A program made the translations under genes and the position numbers. Source: a virus. From it: a stretch of 64,000 bases of DNA. This document shows, in pieces, positions 60,254 to 64,000 of the stretch. Within the stretch, counting starts at the first letter, position 1; every line of letters starts with the position of its first letter. The notes beneath the pieces are model-generated. The model made no database searches. It was not told the DNA's origin and worked only from the letters and a program-made list of their open reading frames with translations. The stretch lies in the IMG/VR virus record IMGVR_UViG_3300005613_000019, positions 1 through 64,000 of that record. One strand, written 5' to 3'.

Positions 60254-60292
60254 GCGCAGGGAACCACGGCGGCTTGCCCCGTGGCAGGTTAC
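60254..60292. other. GC-rich palindrome resembling an IS200/IS605-family end
   Basis: Minus strand GTAACCTG CCACGG GGCAAGCCG CCGTGG TTCCCTGCG. Confidence 0.45.
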
Positions 60293-60293
60293 T

Positions 60294-60500
60294 TTAGGTC
60301 TCGTTATCTCTACAAACTTTTTCTTTTGAACCATAAAACCAAAAAGTAGATCCTATCTTTTCTATACTAAAACTATGATAACCACTACTCTCGTAAGAGC
60401 GCTCTAAGCCTTTTAAATAATCACAAATTTCAGACACGCTACCAGTTAAATACTCTACATTAATAGCACATAACTTCTCAAGAACAAAATGTTTAATCAT
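60294..60500 (-). CDS. hypothetical protein
   Basis: ORF in the operon. Confidence 0.5.
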   Translation of the reverse strand: MIKHFVLEKLCAINVEYLTGSVSEICDYLKGLERSYESSGYHSFSIEKIGSTFWFYGSKEKVCRDNET

Positions 60501-60503
60501 AAT

Positions 60504-60791
60504 TTAAACTCTTTTCAAAATAAAGTTTGTTACAATTATCTCCTTAGTAATACTACGTATTTTTAATTTATTTAAATCTGAAGGAATTTTATATTTGACT
60601 CCGTCAATATAAAATTCATATCCTAAAACATTAGTACAGTAATATTTCAAAACTTTTAAAACAGCTACATTAAAAAACTCAGCCCCTTTTTTATAAGAAG
60701 CTGAGTTTACTAAAATCATCCTGCCTACCGATTTTCCTTTATCGTTCCTAATTAAAGCATCTTGTTGATATGAATTTGTTTCTAAAACCAT
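60504..60791 (-). CDS. hypothetical protein
   Basis: ORF in the operon. Confidence 0.55.
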   Translation of the reverse strand: MVLETNSYQQDALIRNDKGKSVGRMILVNSASYKKGAEFFNVAVLKVLKYYCTNVLGYEFYIDGVKYKIPSDLNKLKIRSITKEIIVTNFILKRV

Positions 60792-60793
60792 AA

Positions 60794-61630
60794 CTATTTA
60801 ATACTAAATTCTTCAAAAACTTCATCTATAATTTCTTTAAAGGATTGCTTAATACTCTCAGCCATCTTATTTCTTAAAGTTTCAATAATTGCATCACCTA
60901 CACTAGAATCAGGATTAGCTTCTTTAAATGACTCAGCAGCTTCCTGAGTTATAGCAATTAAACTATTCATAAACATCTCCACACTCATAGAAACAGCTCT
61001 TTGCACAGCAGAACCAGCTACATGAGATGAATTTCTAAGTTTAGTGAGTTTAATCTTCATATCAGTTAAATCTGAAAGTAATTTATTAAAATCATTAATT
61101 TGTCTTATAGAAATAGGTCTTCGCTTTTTACCTGAATCCTCAACAGGATTTAAAGTCTCACGTTCATATCTATAAAGCATGTCTTCAAACATACTAATAT
61201 ATCGGGTAATTGAAGTATAATCTGTAAGCTCTTCAGTTTTTTCATATATTAACGTTTCAGCCGTCTCTTTACGTAACGCAGATTGAGGACCCGTTAAATC
61301 TTTGTTTGTAAGATCCTTTTTCATTGCATGTCTTAAATCTTTAGCTATAAGTTCTGCTTTTGTAACATGCTTACTAAAATGTTTTGAAAGATTAGCTGAA
61401 TTAAAATGAGGCAAATAATCACTTTCAGGTGCATCATCCGATAATTGAGCATTTAAAAAATCAACCTTTGAATTCATCCATCTCATAGTTGAATTATTAG
61501 ATTGATCTTCCTCCATAATCTTATTATGTACTTCTATATAAAAATCTGGATGAGTTTTTCTTAAAGAACAAATTTTACAATTATTTACTAATTTATTTAA
61601 ACGAGGTAACTCTTTTTTAGATTTTACCAT
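60794..61630 (-). CDS. probable terminase small subunit (Zn/HTH N-terminus, helical oligomerisation region)
   Basis: 'CKIC...NLSKHFSKH' C2H2-type arrangement; upstream of terL; strong SD. Confidence 0.55.
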   Translation of the reverse strand: MVKSKKELPRLNKLVNNCKICSLRKTHPDFYIEVHNKIMEEDQSNNSTMRWMNSKVDFLNAQLSDDAPESDYLPHFNSANLSKHFSKHVTKAELIAKDLRHAMKKDLTNKDLTGPQSALRKETAETLIYEKTEELTDYTSITRYISMFEDMLYRYERETLNPVEDSGKKRRPISIRQINDFNKLLSDLTDMKIKLTKLRNSSHVAGSAVQRAVSMSVEMFMNSLIAITQEAAESFKEANPDSSVGDAIIETLRNKMAESIKQSFKEIIDEVFEEFSIK

Positions 61631-61673
61631 AATAACCTCTCCTTTAAAAACTACATAACATAATATACTCTAT

Positions 61674-62102
61674 TTAACTAGAATTGTTATTAATTAATTG
61701 TCTTAATAACTCTTTTAATTCTTTTTGACTGTCTAAATATTTTTGTTTATAAGATTCAAGCTCATCTTCGATGACTTGAATCTTTTCTTTATTAGCATCT
61801 GTCTCATAACTTATTTTATCAACATATCTAAACCAAGCCAAACCTACTGAAATAAAAAACAGGAGTAGGCTGATGCCTACTCCTGCTTGCCAAGTTAACA
61901 TCCTTTTATTCATTTTAGAATTTTCTTTAATTTGATTCTGAAGTGAATCAAATAACGGAAGTTGAGTACATTTATCTTTTTCTAATATTTTAGTTTCTAG
62001 TTTATCCATACGATCATCTAACTTTAAAAATTTACCGTCTACACGTTCTTTATTTAATTCATAAAGTCTCTTTTTTAAAGACTCAGTTGTTGAATCAGAC
62101 AT
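61674..62102 (-). CDS. single-TM coiled-coil membrane protein
   Basis: TM 'AGVGISLLLFFISVGLAWF' flanked by coiled coils; holin/XhlA-like layout. Confidence 0.55.
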   Translation of the reverse strand: MSDSTTESLKKRLYELNKERVDGKFLKLDDRMDKLETKILEKDKCTQLPLFDSLQNQIKENSKMNKRMLTWQAGVGISLLLFFISVGLAWFRYVDKISYETDANKEKIQVIEDELESYKQKYLDSQKELKELLRQLINNNSS

Positions 62103-63225
62103 ATTAAAATTCCTATTAAAAATAATTTTAATTTCATTATACCATTATTTATATTATTTTTTATAAAGTTTATAAGCAATTACAATTAAGTTATAATTTA
62201 AATATTTTTACATATAAAATTTATGTAAAGTCTATCGTATGCCGTTTGGCATACGATAGACGCACCTGTAGCCAAAAATCTCAAAAATTCTTCTTTTTTA
62301 AAAAGTTGTTTAAAAGAAGTTTTTAAATGCTTTGCTTAAGTGCTCTACTCGTTGCCTTTCAGGCTTTCTCGTTCGAGCAGACCCTTTTTCAGGGTCATTT
62401 TTTTAAAACACATTTTTTAAATTTTTCTTTTAAAATTAAGATTTTATATTAAAAAAAGGTAATATAAAAAGTTAGAATCGAGTGAAACGAGATTCTTTAC
62501 AGCGACAAGGTCCGTAGGACCTGTCAGAAGCTGTAAACTTAACAGTATAAGTTAAAGTTTTTAGTTTTAAAAGAATTTTTTAAGAAGTTTAAAATTTGAA
62601 AAGTTTTTTGAAAGTTTTTTAAGAACAAGATTTTAAGTCTTTTTTAAAGCCGAGAAAAACAAAAGTTTTGTTTTCTCAGCTGTCCTACAAAATTTTCCCC
62701 TCTCAACCAAAGATTCGTCCCCTCACTATGTGCATAAATAAAAAAAAAGAAACCTCAAAAAATATAAACCGATACCGCCATGTCCTTGAAGTTATCTCCG
62801 CATGTACGTTTTTCAGGATAGGCCGCGTGGATCACATCGCTGAGATCCCGCCCCGCCAGTGCGTCTCCGTCGAACGGGGGTCCATCCCTCCTTTTTATTA
62901 GATCTTAGTCTTATACACACCTAATAAAAAGATCAATTTATATCCGATTACGACATTGCTATTTAAAGCACCTCTCCGCAATTCTATGTTATTAACATAC
63001 TCGTTTTTTATTAGGTCTTAATCTTATACACACCTAATAAAGATCAATTTACATATAGTTACAGTATTGCTTAACTCTAAGAGTTGCAATTTTAAGTAAC
63101 TAATATTAATATACCCGGTTTAGTTTAAAAACAAGCAACAAATTTTTGTTGCTTGTTTTATAATAAAAACGTGTATTTTTATGTTAAAACGAAGTATAAT
63201 ACTATAAATTTAGATTTTTTAAAGT
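62103..63225. other. 1.1-kb non-coding divergent control region with hairpins and repeats (candidate origin, pac or ncRNA locus)
   Basis: No credible ORF; poly-A/T tracts interspersed with several inverted repeats and a GC-rich island. Confidence 0.6.
62891..63118. repeat. two degenerate ~113-bp tandem units, each starting with a palindromic ~50-bp core
   Basis: tttttattag.tctta.tcttatacacacctaataaa(aa)gatcaattta occurs at ~62892 and ~63005; the downstream halves share 'attgct', 'gcaatt' and 'tattaa.atac'. Confidence 0.85.
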
Positions 63226-63606
63226 TTGGAATTAAAAATGAGTAAAAACCGAAAACATAAAAAAGTTAAATACAAATATAAAGAGGGAGATCCGTGCTCT
63301 ATATGTAAGAGTCCATTAATCTGGTCATACGTTGACAATAGATGGAAATTAGTGTGTCCTACTCCTGAAAATCATCTTAGTGTTGAGGATAGAGCTGAAT
63401 ATAAACGTTTTCATGCTTTAAATGAAGTAAATAGTGTTATATGTAAAAATTCTAATATTTTAAATTATGAAAAAGAGTATATAAAATATAAAAATAAGTG
63501 TGAAAAATTAGAAGACGATAATTTAAAAAACAAAGAACTTATTAATTTATTAAAAAAAGAAGTTGAAAGACTATCTGCACTTGTTGACAATATTATAAAT
63601 CGTTAA
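63226..63606 (+). CDS. hypothetical protein with CxxC...C...H zinc motif and coiled coil
   Basis: Only credible plus-strand gene; the start may be ATG at 63238. Confidence 0.6.
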   Translation: MELKMSKNRKHKKVKYKYKEGDPCSICKSPLIWSYVDNRWKLVCPTPENHLSVEDRAEYKRFHALNEVNSVICKNSNILNYEKEYIKYKNKCEKLEDDNLKNKELINLLKKEVERLSALVDNIINR

Positions 63607-63775
63607 TTGTATTTTTAAGTTTTTGTAAATCTTGTAAATTTTTTTCTAGCTCAGAAATCATATCTTTTTTAATACAACCATAACCTCCAGGTATTAAAGC
63701 TTGAGCAATTAAATATTCTGATCGTTCAACTATACTATCTATTATTTTTAATATTTCTTTATTTTTTATTTTCAT
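63593..63775 (-). CDS. hypothetical protein
   Basis: Short ORF convergent with 63226..63606. Confidence 0.45.
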   Translation of the reverse strand: MKIKNKEILKIIDSIVERSEYLIAQALIPGGYGCIKKDMISELEKNLQDLQKLKNTINDL

Positions 63776-63959
63776 CTAAGTCTTCTAATTTAAAAAGTTT
63801 CTCTTCTTTTTCTGTTTGTTGTAATGGGCCAATTAAGGCATTTAATTTTCCATTTTTAGACATGTAGTATACTAAATGTTTTTTAGGACTATTAACTGAA
63901 ATAGAAAAATGTGAATTTACAAATTCAAATGTTAAAACCATTATTGATACTCCCTGCAT
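63759..63959 (-). CDS. hypothetical protein
   Basis: Short ORF overlapping the next gene. Confidence 0.4.
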   Translation of the reverse strand: MQGVSIMVLTFEFVNSHFSISVNSPKKHLVYYMSKNGKLNALIGPLQQTEKEEKLFKLEDLDENKK

Positions 63960-64000
63960 GTGTAAATTGACGATTTGTTTTTAAAAGGGCTTTCTCTGTA

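Noticed and set aside
62474-62537. Hammerhead ribozyme (GTCC-GTAG-GAC with a nearby GAAAC)
   Set aside because: The CUGANGA core is absent on both strands.
62668-62901. 77-aa plus-strand ORF across the GC island
   Set aside because: TTG start without an SD and atypical composition; the region looks structural rather than coding.
62891-63118. Possible mini-CRISPR array
   Set aside because: Only two units, the 'spacers' resemble each other and are ~60 bp, and there are no cas genes; better explained as a tandem duplication.
1-64000. Stop-codon reassignment, as in some large phages
   Set aside because: Standard-code ORFs tile the window densely, and TAG, TGA and TAA all end genes at sensible boundaries.

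Overview
This 64-kb AT-rich window is the virion morphogenesis region of a large contractile-tailed (myovirus-type) dsDNA phage. It is read almost entirely on the minus strand in the standard genetic code. In transcription order (right to left) it holds: a structured ~1.1-kb non-coding control region; probable terminase small and large subunits; a metallophosphoesterase island with a perfect sigma70 promoter; an acidic repeat protein and a KTSC protein; ~10 kb of fibre/decoration genes including a 1481-aa duplicated LamG protein; portal; MuF-like protein; Hsp20; prohead protease; scaffold; decoration protein; major capsid; a protein with an IscB-like PLMP N-terminus; a holin/spanin-like trio; neck proteins; an apparently circularly permuted ADP-ribosyltransferase-like protein next to a ParB/Srx protein; tail terminator; sheath; two tube paralogues; a -1 frameshifted tail chaperone; two paralogous tape-measure-like proteins; baseplate genes; and a beta-helix tail fibre. 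The most notable observations are a recurring non-canonical promoter-like motif (CCRAnn-N10-TAnnnT), the PLMP-domain fusion preceded by an anti-SD-loop hairpin, the permuted ART-like gene, the twin tape measures, and variable LamG cores bracketed by near-identical DNA. All product calls come from motif recognition and gene order by eye; no database searches were run.
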